A stretch of DNA of 64,000 nucleotides from Gemmatimonadales bacterium (lineage in GTDB: Bacteria > Gemmatimonadota > Gemmatimonadetes > Gemmatimonadales > GWC2-71-9): contig JBBQFH010000011.1 in the NCBI GenBank assembly GCA_038321865.1, forward strand, positions 17,651 to 81,650. The letters run 5' to 3'. The position numbers and the translations under genes were made by a program. Below the pieces are notes generated by a model. It did not search any database. It was not told the origin of the DNA and worked only from the letters and a program-made list of their open reading frames with translations. How positions within the stretch are numbered: the first letter of the stretch is position 1; each line of letters begins with the position of its first letter. This document shows, in pieces, positions 1-10,185 of this stretch.

Positions 1-1173
1 AGCCAGGAGTTCGATCACACCACGCGGGACGTCTTTCGCATTCAGTCCGAGGTCGGGACTCGGGTGGCCGCGCTGCTCCGGATCCAGCTCGCGGAGCGCG
101 AATCACGCTCGCTCGGCCGGCCGCCGACCACCAATCCCGAGGCCTACGACTGGTATCTCAGGGGCCGCGCGCAGGGGGACCGCACCATCCCGACTCTCGG
201 CGAGCTGGATTCGACCGTCACCAACCTGACGAGGGCGATCGAGCTGGACTCGACGTTCGCACTCGCGTGGGCGCTCCGCGCGCGGGCGCTGCAGCAGGCG
301 GTCTTCGCCTTCGACGGCCAGGCGGCCCGGGTGAGCGAGGCCGAATCCGACGTGGCGCGGGCCCTCGCGCTCGACTCGACGCTGGCGGTCGCCTGGCAGG
401 TGCGCGGCAGCCTCGCCTGGAACGCCGTGACGGGCTGGAACTTCGCGCAGGCGCTCGCTGACACCCGCCGCGCGCTGGCGATCAGGCCGAGCGACGCGGA
501 CGCGCATGCCGGTCTCGGCTCGCTGTACTTTCACTATGGCTTTCCCGAGGAGGCGGCTCGGGAGCTCGCGCTGAGCCTCTCACTCGATCCCCGGGACGGC
601 TGTGACAATCCAGCCCGGTGCGCCGGCTTTTCCCGGCCACGCATCGCGCGAACATTCTGGTATCGCCAGCAGTTCGAGTCGGCGCTCGCCGTGTATCGGC
701 GGATGCCGTTCCTCGGGCCGTGGACCTCGGAATACGCGGTGGTGCTGAATGGCGTGGGCCGCCCCGGGGAAGGGCTGGCGCTGCTCGACTCAACGTCGCA
801 GGCGGGGCGGAACGTCGCCCAGGAAGCCGATCGGGAGGCGGCGCGCGGGCTGATGTATGCCGCGCTGGGGCGTCCGGACCAGGCGCTCGTCCGCCTCCGC
901 GCCGCCGCAGCGAAGCCCATCAGCCGCTCGCATTTCCACCACGCTCAGTTCACCATCGCCTGTGCCTACGCGCGGCTCGGCCGGAAGGCGGACGCGGTCG
1001 GCTGGCTCGAGCGTGCCGCGGATAACGGCCTGCCCAACTATCCGCTGTTCCGGAACGATCCGAATCTCAAATCGCTGCAGGGGGATGCGGCATACGAAGA
1101 GTTCATGAGGCGGCTGAAGGGGCAATACGAGCAGTATGCAGCGCTGGTGCACGCGCAGCCGGCGGTGCGATGA
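1..1173 (+). CDS. 5'-truncated TolB_N-like/TPR protein, probably the C-terminal part of a Ser/Thr kinase
   Basis: Frame is open from base 1 (SQEFDHTTRDVFRIQSEV...). PTTNPEAYDWYLRG, TPR helices and the C-terminal FRNDPNLKSL parallel the tails of the kinases at 1189 and 59647. Confidence 0.75.
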   Translation, partial: SQEFDHTTRDVFRIQSEVGTRVAALLRIQLAERESRSLGRPPTTNPEAYDWYLRGRAQGDRTIPTLGELDSTVTNLTRAIELDSTFALAWALRARALQQAVFAFDGQAARVSEAESDVARALALDSTLAVAWQVRGSLAWNAVTGWNFAQALADTRRALAIRPSDADAHAGLGSLYFHYGFPEEAARELALSLSLDPRDGCDNPARCAGFSRPRIARTFWYRQQFESALAVYRRMPFLGPWTSEYAVVLNGVGRPGEGLALLDSTSQAGRNVAQEADREAARGLMYAALGRPDQALVRLRAAAAKPISRSHFHHAQFTIACAYARLGRKADAVGWLERAADNGLPNYPLFRNDPNLKSLQGDAAYEEFMRRLKGQYEQYAALVHAQPAVR

Positions 1174-1188
1174 ACACCGCTGCACGGA

Positions 1189-3420
1189 TCAGGGGGTCAA
1201 ATTCATCTTCCGCAGCAGCGCGCCGAACCGCGGGTTCGAGCGCAGGCTGGTGAAGAGGAACGACCCCTTGATGCCGTACACCCCTCCGGCCCGCTCCTCG
1301 TACGCCCGTTCCAGCAGATCCATCGCACGATCCTGATCGCCGAGCCCGGTGTGGATGTACGCCAGGTGATAGGGCGACACGTACCGCTCCGCCGCCAGCT
1401 GGTCGAGCCGGCGGAGGATTGCGTGCGCCTCGTCGGTCCGGCCGGCCATCGCATAGCCCTGGCCCAGCTGCGCCAGGTACATCGTGTCACCGGGAGAGAG
1501 GGCGGCCGACCGCTCCAGCTCGGCGAGCCCCTCCGTCACCGAACCGGTCAGCAGACAGGCCCAGCCGAGGGTGGAGCGGCCTCGCGCGTAGTCGGGCTCG
1601 AACTCGATGCACTCCCGGCCCGCGGCGAGCGCCTCGTCCGTGCGCCCGGCGCGCAGGAGCGCCGACGCCAGGTCCGCGCGGTGCATCAGCGGATCGAGCT
1701 CGTGCGCCCGCCGGGTCAGCACGACCGCCTCGTCATAGCGCCCCTGCGCCGCACAGCATCGTCCGTACTGGTCGTAGGTGTCCGAGCTTCCCGGGCTCAA
1801 CTCCAGCGCCATCTTGAACTCCGCCTCCGCGCCGGCCCAGTCGAAGCGCTGAACGAACTTGAGGAGGCCGCACACCGAGTGGGCCTCGCCCAGCGCGGGA
1901 TCGATCGCCAGCGCGGCGTTGACCGCTTCGCTGGCCTGGCGGAACGATTCCTCGGGCCGATGGGCGCCGCCGCCCTGGCCCATGCCGCGCTCGGCGAAGA
2001 TCTGGGCGATGCCGACGTAGGGGAGCGCGTAGCCGGGATCGAGCACGAGGGCGCGCCGGTAATACTCCACGGCTCGCTGCATCTCGTCCTCGGTGAAGCG
2101 GCCGTAGCACTGCCGCCCCTGCACGTAGAGCTGGTAGGCGTGGAGGTTCCGGGTCGGGGCCTCGTGAAGGCGGCTTCGCTCGTCGTGCGACAGCTCGGCC
2201 TTGAGCGCGCCACTGATCGCCAGCGCCACGTCGGTCTGGATGGCGAAGATGTCAGTGAGCTGCCGGTCGTAGGTTTCGGTCCAGAGATGCTCGTCGCGCT
2301 CGGCGTCGATCAGCTGGGCCACGATGCGCACCCGGTCGCCGGCGCGGCGGACGCTGCCCTGGAGCAGGGTCGCCACGCCGAGGATGGCGCCGATCTCGCC
2401 CAGGCTCTGAAGGGTGTTCTTGAACGGCATCACCGAGGTCCGCGAGATCACCTTCATCGACCGGATCTTGGAGAGCTGGGCGATCACGTCCTCGGTGATG
2501 CCGTCGGCGAAAAACTCGTTGTCGGGATCGGCACTGAGGTTACGGAACGGGAGCACGGCGACCGACGGCTGAAGCGGGAGCGACGAGGCCGGTCGGGCCA
2601 GCGCGGCGGCGAACGCCTCCGCCGTCGCGAAGCGGTCGGCCGGCGCCTTGGCGAGGGCCTTGATGATGGCCTGCTCGACCGCGGCCGGAACGGCGGGCCT
2701 GATCCGGCGGATGCCGGGCACGGGGGCGGTGAGATGGCGCGCGACCAAGGACTGGGCCGTCGGCCCGCGGAAGGGCGCCTCACCCGCCAGCATTTCGTAG
2801 AGCAGGCACGCCAGGCTGTAGATGTCGCTCCGCGCGTCGGTGTTCGGCTCGCCCATCGCCTGCTCGGGGCTCATGTACGCCGGCGTGCCGAGTGAGAGGC
2901 CGGTGGCGGTGAGCCGCTCGCCGCCGGCGGGCGTCGCCGCGAGCGCGATCCCGAAATCGCTCAGCACCGGGTGGCCGGCCTCGAGGAGGATGTTCTCCGG
3001 CTTGATGTCGCGGTGGACCAGCCCCTGCCGGTGGGCGAAGCCGAGGGCGTCGGCTACCCGGCGGGTGATCCGCAGCGCCTCGTCCACCGGCAGCTGGCCG
3101 TCGCGCCGGAGCCGCTCGCGCAGCGACTCGCCGCCGATGAACGGCATGACGTAGAAGAGGAGCCCGCCGGCGTTTCCCGAATCGTGCACCGGCATGATGT
3201 GCGGGTGAGCCAGCCGCGCGGTGATGGCGATCTCGCGGAGAAAGCGCTCGGGGCCGAGCGCGGCGCCGAACTCGGGGCTGAGCACCTTGATGGCGACCTT
3301 CCGGCCGTGCTTCCGGTCCTCGGCGAGGTAGACGGTCGCCATTCCGCCGCGCCCCAGTTCGCGCTCGACGGTGTAGGCGCTGCCGAGCGAATTCTGGAGC
3401 CGCGTCAGGATATCGGGCAT
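1189..3420 (-). CDS. Hanks-type Ser/Thr protein kinase with TolB_N-like and TPR domains (no TM segment seen)
   Basis: LGRGGMATVY, VAIK, HRDIKPEN, DFG and GTPAYMSPEQ motifs; SVAVLPFRNLS...FADGITED; TPR repeats. Start moved to MPDILTRLQ (3420); 3444 is an alternative. Confidence 0.92.
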   Translation of the reverse strand: MPDILTRLQNSLGSAYTVERELGRGGMATVYLAEDRKHGRKVAIKVLSPEFGAALGPERFLREIAITARLAHPHIMPVHDSGNAGGLLFYVMPFIGGESLRERLRRDGQLPVDEALRITRRVADALGFAHRQGLVHRDIKPENILLEAGHPVLSDFGIALAATPAGGERLTATGLSLGTPAYMSPEQAMGEPNTDARSDIYSLACLLYEMLAGEAPFRGPTAQSLVARHLTAPVPGIRRIRPAVPAAVEQAIIKALAKAPADRFATAEAFAAALARPASSLPLQPSVAVLPFRNLSADPDNEFFADGITEDVIAQLSKIRSMKVISRTSVMPFKNTLQSLGEIGAILGVATLLQGSVRRAGDRVRIVAQLIDAERDEHLWTETYDRQLTDIFAIQTDVALAISGALKAELSHDERSRLHEAPTRNLHAYQLYVQGRQCYGRFTEDEMQRAVEYYRRALVLDPGYALPYVGIAQIFAERGMGQGGGAHRPEESFRQASEAVNAALAIDPALGEAHSVCGLLKFVQRFDWAGAEAEFKMALELSPGSSDTYDQYGRCCAAQGRYDEAVVLTRRAHELDPLMHRADLASALLRAGRTDEALAAGRECIEFEPDYARGRSTLGWACLLTGSVTEGLAELERSAALSPGDTMYLAQLGQGYAMAGRTDEAHAILRRLDQLAAERYVSPYHLAYIHTGLGDQDRAMDLLERAYEERAGGVYGIKGSFLFTSLRSNPRFGALLRKMNLTP

Positions 3421-3547
3421 GCCGGCGCCGCGCGCGGATGACATGTCGTAAGATGAGTGAGCGGGGGGCCCGGCGCCACGCTCGCGCTGGCGTCCGGCTC
3501 GGCGCGTCCTAGATTTGCCCCTCCCCCATTCCCGAGGCGGATCCGGC

Positions 3548-3988
3548 ATGGCCCACTATTCCATCAGCGTCGATATCGCCGCGCTACCCGCACGGGTCTG
3601 GGCCGTGATGTGTGACGCGGAGCGCTGGCCCGAATGGACGACGACGGTCACCAGCATCCGGCGCCGGGACGGCGGCCCGCTCGCGGTCGGCAGCCGGGTC
3701 TGGATCCGGCAGCCGAATCTGCCGCCGGCGGCGTGGACAGTTACGGAGCTGGAGAACGGCCGCGGCTTCACCTGGGTGAGCGGGGGCCCCGGCATGCGAG
3801 TGACTGCGCGACACTGGATCGATCCGGTCGCGTCAGGAAGCCGGGCGACACTTTCCATTCACTACTCGGGCCTGCTCGCTCCGCTGCTCGCTCCGCTGCT
3901 CGCGTGGCTGACCCGCAACATCAACGATCGCTACCTGGCCATCGAGGCGGCGGGCCTCAAGGCCCGGAGCGAAGCCTTGCCCGGCTGA
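3548..3988 (+). CDS. SRPBCC (polyketide cyclase/START-like) family protein
   Basis: SVDIAALPARVWAVMCDAERWPEW signature; GAGG upstream of ATG 3548. Confidence 0.85.
   Translation: MAHYSISVDIAALPARVWAVMCDAERWPEWTTTVTSIRRRDGGPLAVGSRVWIRQPNLPPAAWTVTELENGRGFTWVSGGPGMRVTARHWIDPVASGSRATLSIHYSGLLAPLLAPLLAWLTRNINDRYLAIEAAGLKARSEALPG
3872..3904 (+). repeat. In-frame 12-bp tandem repeat (CTGCTCGCTCCG x2 plus a partial copy)
   Basis: Read directly; encodes LLAP-LLAP-LLA. Confidence 0.8.
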
Positions 3989-4007
3989 ACCGAGCGCACT
4001 ATGGTTT

Positions 4008-4045
4008 GTATACCAAGTATACTTTCGTAACCAAAGGCCGGTTAC
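4008..4045. promoter_or_regulatory. Putative HxlR-family operator/promoter region
   Basis: AT-rich patch with GTATAC-N3-GTATAC (4008-4022), palindrome AAGTATACTT (4015-4024) and inverted repeat GTAACC-N7-GGTTAC (4027-4045), directly before the regulator ATG. Confidence 0.55.
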
Positions 4046-4046
4046 C

Positions 4047-4400
4047 ATGAACGAACACAAGCGCTCCTGCTGTTCCAGCTTCCACCGCGCCATCGAGCTC
4101 GTCGGCCGGCGGTGGACCGGTGTGATCGTGTACATGCTGACCGAAGGGCCCAGCCGGTTCGCCGCCCTGAGTGCCCGGATACCCGATATCACGCCGCGAA
4201 TGCTGACCGAGCGGCTGCGCGAGCTCGAGCTCGAGGGAATCGTGGAGCGCTCGACTACGCCGGAGAGCCCGTACAGGGTCGAGTACGCATTGACGAAGAA
4301 GGGACATGACCTGGCCGACGCGCTCCGGGGGATCGGCGCCTGGGCCAGGCGATGGCTGCCGAACGAAGCGCGCACGCGAACCACAACCTCGAGGGATTGA
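4047..4400 (+). CDS. HxlR-family winged-helix transcriptional regulator
   Basis: N-terminal Cys pair, ELVGRRWTGVI, LTERLRELE..GIVER, RVEYALTKKG. Confidence 0.9.
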   Translation: MNEHKRSCCSSFHRAIELVGRRWTGVIVYMLTEGPSRFAALSARIPDITPRMLTERLRELELEGIVERSTTPESPYRVEYALTKKGHDLADALRGIGAWARRWLPNEARTRTTTSRD

Positions 4401-4403
4401 CGA

Positions 4404-5516
4404 GTGAGCCAGACAAGTCGGACGGGCCGTTCCCGCACCATTCCGCTTCTCACTCTCGGGCTCCTGCTTTCACTGGGCTGCAAGAAGGCGCCGACACCGC
4501 AGGCGCCGCCGCCGGCCGAAGTGGGGATCGTCACCATGGAGCCGGCCGACGTGCCGGTGGCCTACGACTTCAGCGCCGAGGTGGCGCCGTATCGGCGGGT
4601 CGAGGTGAGATCGCGGATCGACGGCGTGATCCAGGCGCGGCCGTTCACCGAGGGTCAGGTGGTGAAGGCGGGCCAGGTGCTCTACCGCATCGACCCTATC
4701 CGGACCAACGCCACCTATGCCAGCGCCAGGGCCCGCTCGGACAACGCGCGCCGCACCCTCGAGCGGCTCGAACCGCTCGTCGCCGATCACGCGGTGGCAC
4801 AGCAGGACGTGGACAACGCGCGCGCCGATCTCGTTGCGGCGCAGGCCGGGCTGGCCGAAGCCCGGAAGGACGTGGACGATGCGGTGGTGCGGGCCGAGAT
4901 CAGCGGCCGGGTGGGACGGGCGCTGCTGCAGGTTGGCGCACGGGTGACGGGGTCGAGCGATCTCCTCACCACGATCGACGTCAACGATCCGGTCTACGTC
5001 ATCTTCCGGCCCTCCACCCAGCAGCTGCTCGCCTGGCAGAAGGACTCGGCGGCTCGCGACCTGATCCGGCCGGGGAGCCCGCTCCAGATTCAGGTGACGC
5101 TCCCCGACGGGACCGTGCTGCCGCGGACGGCGCAGCTCGACTTCGTGGCGCCGTCACTCGATCCGGCCACCGGCACGCGCGAGCTGCGCGCCAAGTTCGC
5201 CAACCCCGATGGCATGCTGGCACCGGGCCAGTTCGTCCGCGTCCGGCTGATCGGCTTCATCCGTGACAGCGCGCTCGCCATTCCGCAGCGCGCGGTGCAG
5301 CAGGCGTTGGGCCGGCAGTTCGTGTACGTCGTGCTGCCGGGCGACACGCTGGGTGCCCGCGACATCGAGCCGGGGCCCTGGAGCGGCAACCAGTGGATCA
5401 TCGAGAAGGGGTTGCGGCCTGGCGACCGCGTCGTGGTCGACGGCGCGCAGAAGACGGGGCCGGGTCGGCCCGTCCGTCCGGTGCCGCTGGCTGATTCGGC
5501 GCGGACCGCCAAGTGA
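4404..5516 (+). CDS. RND efflux periplasmic adaptor (AcrA/MexA-like lipoprotein)
   Basis: Lipobox SLGC, VEVRSRIDGVI, EGQVVKAGQVLYRID, GLRPGDRVVVDG. Confidence 0.92.
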   Translation: MSQTSRTGRSRTIPLLTLGLLLSLGCKKAPTPQAPPPAEVGIVTMEPADVPVAYDFSAEVAPYRRVEVRSRIDGVIQARPFTEGQVVKAGQVLYRIDPIRTNATYASARARSDNARRTLERLEPLVADHAVAQQDVDNARADLVAAQAGLAEARKDVDDAVVRAEISGRVGRALLQVGARVTGSSDLLTTIDVNDPVYVIFRPSTQQLLAWQKDSAARDLIRPGSPLQIQVTLPDGTVLPRTAQLDFVAPSLDPATGTRELRAKFANPDGMLAPGQFVRVRLIGFIRDSALAIPQRAVQQALGRQFVYVVLPGDTLGARDIEPGPWSGNQWIIEKGLRPGDRVVVDGAQKTGPGRPVRPVPLADSARTAK

Positions 5517-8500
5517 GCGGCCACGCACCGGTGCCGGCGCCCGACGCCGGCGAGCCGGAGGTTCGCTACTTCTTCATCCGCCGCCCGGTGCTGGCGGCGG
5601 TGATCTCGATCGTCGTCACCCTGCTCGGCATCTTCGCCATCCAGCTGCTGCCGATCTCGCGCTACCCGCAGATCACCCCGCCGGGCATCACCGTTACCGC
5701 CGTTTACCCCGGTGCCACCGCCGAGGCGGTCGCGGAAGCGGTGGCGGCGCCGATCGAGCAGCAGCTCTCGGGACTCCAGGGACTCCTGTACTTCTCGTCG
5801 GCCAATTCGAGCGACGGCGTGATGACGCTGCAGGTGTTCTTCGACGTGTCCCGGAGCCAGGACCTGGCGGCGGTCGACGTGCAGAACGCGGTGCAGCTCG
5901 CGACGCCGCAGCTGCCGGACGCCGTGCGTCAGAACGGGATCACCATCCTCAAGGCGAATTCGGATATTCTGGCGGTGGCGGCGCTGACCTCGACCGACTC
6001 GAGCTACGACGCGCCGTATCTGACCAACTACATGAAGCTGTACGTCGAGGACGAGATCAAGCGGGTGCCCGGCGTGGGCAACGCGACCGTCTTCGGCGGC
6101 CTCCAGTTCGCCATGCTGCTGCAGCTCGATCCCGACCGGATGGCGCAGCTCGGCGTCACGGTGGGAGACGTCCGCGACGCCGTGCGCGAGCAGAACGCCA
6201 CCAATCCCGCTGGCCGCCTCGGCCGGGAGCCGGCGCCGTCGGGCACCCAGCTCACGCTGCCGGTCACGACGCTCGGCCGGCTCCAGACGGTGGAGCAGTT
6301 CGACAACATCATCATCCGCGCCAAGGACGACGGGTCGCTGATCCGACTCCGCGACATCGGCAAGGCGAAGCTCGGCGCGCAGAACTACGACCTCGCCGGC
6401 CGGCTGAACGGCAGCCCGACGGCGTTCATGCTGCTCTATCTCCGGCCGGGCGCCAACGCCCTCGCCGTCAAGAAGGCGGTGACGGCGCGGATGGACGAGT
6501 TGTCGCGCGCCTTTCCCGCGGGCGTGGTGTACAAGATCCCGTTCGACACCACGCCGTTCGTCACCACCTCGATCACCGAGGTGCTGCACACCCTCGTCGA
6601 GGCGATGCTGCTGGTCACGCTGGTCGTGTTCCTCTTCCTCCAGAGCTGGCGGGCGACGCTGATCCCGATGCTGGCGGTGCCCGTCAGCGTCATCGGCACC
6701 TTTCTCGGTCTGCTGGCTCTCGGCTTCACCATCAACGTGCTGACGCTCTTCGGCCTGGTGCTCGCGATCGGCATCGTGGTGGACGACGCCATCGTGGTGA
6801 TCGAGAATGTCGAGCGCATCATGGCCACCGAGGGCCTCTCGGCCCGCCTCGCCGCCGACAAGGCGATCCGCCAGGTGGCCGGCGCGCTGGTCGCCATCGT
6901 ACTCGTGCTCTGCGCCGTCTTCCTGCCGATCGCGTTCCTCGGCGGCGTGACGGGGGTGATGTTCAAGCAGTTCGCCGTCACCATCGTGATCGCCGTGGTG
7001 CTCTCGGGCATCGTCGCGCTGACGCTGACGCCGGCGCTCTGCGCCCTCCTGCTCAAGGAAGCGGCCGAGGCGCATCAGAGCGGCTTCTTCGGAGCGTTCA
7101 ACCACGGGTTCGCCCGGGTCACGCGGCGCTACACCGGCGCCGTCGAGAAGGTGCTCGGCCGGCCTAAGGCGTGGATCGCGGCGTTCGTGGTGATGATCGT
7201 GCTGGCGGGGCTGCTCTGGCGTCGGACGCCGACGGCATTCGTGCCGACCGAGGACAAGGGGTACTTCGCGATCGCGCTGCAGCTCCCCGACGCCGCCTCG
7301 CTGCAGCGCACCCGGGCCGTGGTGCAGCGGGTCGAGGGGATGCTGCGGAAGGAGAAGGCGGTCCGCAACATCGTCGCCTTTGCCGGACTCGACATCCTGA
7401 GCCGGTCGAACCAGCCGAACGGCGCGACGATCTTCATCAGTCTCCTGCCGTGGGACGAGCGGGACAAGCAGAACTCGATCGACGCGATCACCGGCCGGAT
7501 CAACGGCCAGCTCTTCGGCATGCGGGACGCGGTCGGTTTTGCGTTTAATCTCCCCGAGATTCCCGGCCTCGGCGCCACCGCCGGCGTCGAGCTCAATTTG
7601 CAGGCGCGGGGCGGGCAGGACGTGCGCGCCTTTGCCCAGCAGGTGCAGGAGTTCAGCCAGGCGGCCAACCAGCTGCCCGCGGCGCAGGGGCTGCAGGCCA
7701 ACTTCCGGGCCAACGTGCCGCAGATTTTCCTCGACGTCGACCGGGAGGCGGCCAAGGCGCGCGGCGTCGGGCTGACCGACCTCTACGGCACGCTCCAGTC
7801 GCTGCTGTCCACGCTCTACGTCAACGACTTCAACATCTACGGCCGCACGTACCGGGTGCAGATCGAGGCGCAGTCGCAATTCCGCCAGTCGCCGGAGGAT
7901 ATCGGCCGGCTCTACGTGCGGGACTCGAAGGGGGCGATGCTCCCCGTCTCGTCGCTGGTGCGGCCGCAGTTCCAGAGCGGGCCGACGCTCGTCACGCGCT
8001 TCAATGGCTTCACCTCCGCGCTCTTCACCGGCGTGCCCAAGCCGGGCCGGAGCACCGGCGAGATGATCGGGGAGATCCAGAACCTGGTGGAAAGCCGGTT
8101 TGGTGCGGAGGGAGTGGGCGTGGCCTACTCGGGGCAGTCGTATCAGGAGCAGGCATCGAGCGGGCAGGGCGGCATGGTCTTCGCGCTCGGCCTCATCATC
8201 GTCTTCCTCGTGCTCGCGGCGCAGTACGAGAGCTGGTCGATGCCGTTCGCCGTGCTGCTCGGCGTGCCGTTCGGCGTCGCCGGCGCACTGGTCGGCATCT
8301 GGGCCCGGAACCAGCCGAGCGACGTCTACTTCCAGGTGGCGATCATCACCGTGGTCGGCCTGGCGGCGAAGAACGCGATTCTGATCGTGGAGTTCGCCAA
8401 TGAGCTCCGGAGCCGGGGGATGTCGATTCGTGATGCCGCGGTCGAGGCCGCTCGGGAGCGGTTCCGCCCCATCCTGATGACGTCGTTCGCCTTCATTCTC

Positions 8501-8677
8501 GGCGTCTCGCCGCTGGTGATCGCGGGCGGGGCGGGGGCGGCCAGCCGGCACTCGATCGGCACCGGCGTCTTCTTCGGCATGCTCGCGGCGACGCTGGTCG
8601 GCATCTTCTTCATTCCGCTCTTCTTCCGGGTGATCCGGGGGATGGCGGAGCACGGACTGCGGGGAGGCGCACGATGA
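5513..8677 (+). CDS. RND efflux permease, HAE1 family (AcrB/MexB-like)
   Basis: 1054 aa; FFIRRPV, GIVVDDAIVVIEN, AKNAILIVEFA, RFRPILMTS; 4-nt overlap with the adaptor gene. Confidence 0.95.
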   Translation: MSGHAPVPAPDAGEPEVRYFFIRRPVLAAVISIVVTLLGIFAIQLLPISRYPQITPPGITVTAVYPGATAEAVAEAVAAPIEQQLSGLQGLLYFSSANSSDGVMTLQVFFDVSRSQDLAAVDVQNAVQLATPQLPDAVRQNGITILKANSDILAVAALTSTDSSYDAPYLTNYMKLYVEDEIKRVPGVGNATVFGGLQFAMLLQLDPDRMAQLGVTVGDVRDAVREQNATNPAGRLGREPAPSGTQLTLPVTTLGRLQTVEQFDNIIIRAKDDGSLIRLRDIGKAKLGAQNYDLAGRLNGSPTAFMLLYLRPGANALAVKKAVTARMDELSRAFPAGVVYKIPFDTTPFVTTSITEVLHTLVEAMLLVTLVVFLFLQSWRATLIPMLAVPVSVIGTFLGLLALGFTINVLTLFGLVLAIGIVVDDAIVVIENVERIMATEGLSARLAADKAIRQVAGALVAIVLVLCAVFLPIAFLGGVTGVMFKQFAVTIVIAVVLSGIVALTLTPALCALLLKEAAEAHQSGFFGAFNHGFARVTRRYTGAVEKVLGRPKAWIAAFVVMIVLAGLLWRRTPTAFVPTEDKGYFAIALQLPDAASLQRTRAVVQRVEGMLRKEKAVRNIVAFAGLDILSRSNQPNGATIFISLLPWDERDKQNSIDAITGRINGQLFGMRDAVGFAFNLPEIPGLGATAGVELNLQARGGQDVRAFAQQVQEFSQAANQLPAAQGLQANFRANVPQIFLDVDREAAKARGVGLTDLYGTLQSLLSTLYVNDFNIYGRTYRVQIEAQSQFRQSPEDIGRLYVRDSKGAMLPVSSLVRPQFQSGPTLVTRFNGFTSALFTGVPKPGRSTGEMIGEIQNLVESRFGAEGVGVAYSGQSYQEQASSGQGGMVFALGLIIVFLVLAAQYESWSMPFAVLLGVPFGVAGALVGIWARNQPSDVYFQVAIITVVGLAAKNAILIVEFANELRSRGMSIRDAAVEAARERFRPILMTSFAFILGVSPLVIAGGAGAASRHSIGTGVFFGMLAATLVGIFFIPLFFRVIRGMAEHGLRGGAR

Positions 8678-10176
8678 GCCGGCTTCTTGTGGTATGCGTG
8701 GCGGCAGCCCTCGCGGGGTGCGCCGTCGGGCCGGCCTACCGCGCGGTGCCGCCGGTGGCATCCGGTGCGCAGGTTGGCGCCGCCAACACGCCACCGGCCA
8801 CGCGGGCGTTTTTCGATTCGCTGGCGTCGGCGCGGCGGGTGGACAGCCTCACGCCGCGCGACTCCACGATGACGCCGGCACTCGCGGCGGGGGCACCGAT
8901 CACCCTGATCCCGCTCCGCGCCGATCCGGCTGCCGATCTGGCGTGGCTCGATCTCCTGCGCGACACGACGCTGATCCGGTTCGTGCGAACGGCACTGGCG
9001 CAGAACCGCGATCTGCAGCTCGCGGCGGCGCGGATCCGGGAATACCGCGCGCTCGTCGGCGTGGCCCGCGCGCCGCTCTTTCCCAGCATCGGCGTCAGCG
9101 CCTCGGCCAGCACGAACAAGATCGGCCAGGGATCGGCGGCGCCGGTGTCGTTCGACGCGCTCAGCGTCACCGGGGATCTTGCGTGGGAGCTCGACTTCTG
9201 GGGCCGGACTCGCCGAGGCGTCGAGGCGGCGAACGCCGATCTCGCCGGCCAGGAGGCGGCCAGCCGGGCCGTCGTGCTGTCGCTGGTGAGCGACGTCTCG
9301 ACCGCGTACCTCCAGCTGCTGGAGCTGGATCAGGAGCGGCTGATCGCCGAACAGACGGTCGCCTCCCGCCAGACGACGCTCGCGCTGGCACGGAAGCGGT
9401 TTAGCCAGGGACTCATCTCGGAGCTCGACGTGCGGCAGTTCGAGGCGCAGGTCAGCGCGCCGGCGGCGACGCTGGCGCAGGTCGAGCGGCAGCGGGCGGA
9501 GACCGAACACCAGCTCGACGTGCTGCTGGGACAGACGCCGCACGAGATCCCCCGTGACTCACTGCATTCGCTGACACTCGCCGCCGCGGCGCTCTCGGTG
9601 CCGGACAGCATTCCGGGCGCGCTGGTTTCGCGCCGGCCCGACATGCAGCAGGCCGAGCGGGCGCTGGCCGCGGCGACGGCGCGGGTCGGTGTGGCGCAGG
9701 CGGCGCGGCTGCCGACGATCACGGTCGGTGGTTCCTACGGCTCGCAGGCGGCGGCGACTGGCGCTCTCTTCAAGTCGAACAGCGAGGTCTACCAGCTCCA
9801 GGGCGGGATTTCCTTCCCGCTCTTCACCGGCGGGCGGCTGGTTAACCAGAGCCGGGCGGCATCGGCGCGCATGGACCAGGCGCGGGCGCAGTACGAGCAG
9901 ACCGCGCTCAATGCCCTCCGGGAGGCGGGAGACGCGCTGGTGGGCGCGCGAACGGCGCGCGACGAAGTCGCGGCGCAGCAGACGCAGGCCCAGGCACTCC
10001 GCCGAGCGGTGCACCTGGCCGAGCTGCGCTACCGGACTGGTGTGGCCAGCTACGTCGAGGTGCTTCAGGCGCAGCGCGATCTCTTCACGGCCGAGCTGGC
10101 GCTGAGCCAGGCGGAACTTCGGCAGCTGACGTCGGCGGTGCAGCTCTACCGGGCGCTGGGAGGCAGCTGGAAGTAG
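8674..10176 (+). CDS. Outer membrane efflux lipoprotein (OprM/NodT family)
   Basis: Lipobox LAGC, WELDFWGR, RRPDM..AE, LYRALGGSW. Confidence 0.93.
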   Translation: MSRLLVVCVAAALAGCAVGPAYRAVPPVASGAQVGAANTPPATRAFFDSLASARRVDSLTPRDSTMTPALAAGAPITLIPLRADPAADLAWLDLLRDTTLIRFVRTALAQNRDLQLAAARIREYRALVGVARAPLFPSIGVSASASTNKIGQGSAAPVSFDALSVTGDLAWELDFWGRTRRGVEAANADLAGQEAASRAVVLSLVSDVSTAYLQLLELDQERLIAEQTVASRQTTLALARKRFSQGLISELDVRQFEAQVSAPAATLAQVERQRAETEHQLDVLLGQTPHEIPRDSLHSLTLAAAALSVPDSIPGALVSRRPDMQQAERALAAATARVGVAQAARLPTITVGGSYGSQAAATGALFKSNSEVYQLQGGISFPLFTGGRLVNQSRAASARMDQARAQYEQTALNALREAGDALVGARTARDEVAAQQTQAQALRRAVHLAELRYRTGVASYVEVLQAQRDLFTAELALSQAELRQLTSAVQLYRALGGSWK

Positions 10177-10185
10177 ACTTCCCCG

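Noticed and set aside
5090..8794. 1234-aa antisense ORF, and similar long shadow ORFs (e.g. 21643-24120, 44294-46546, 60175-61977)
   Set aside because: They lie opposite or out of frame to well-supported genes, have no motifs, and are expected from stop-codon scarcity in high-GC DNA.
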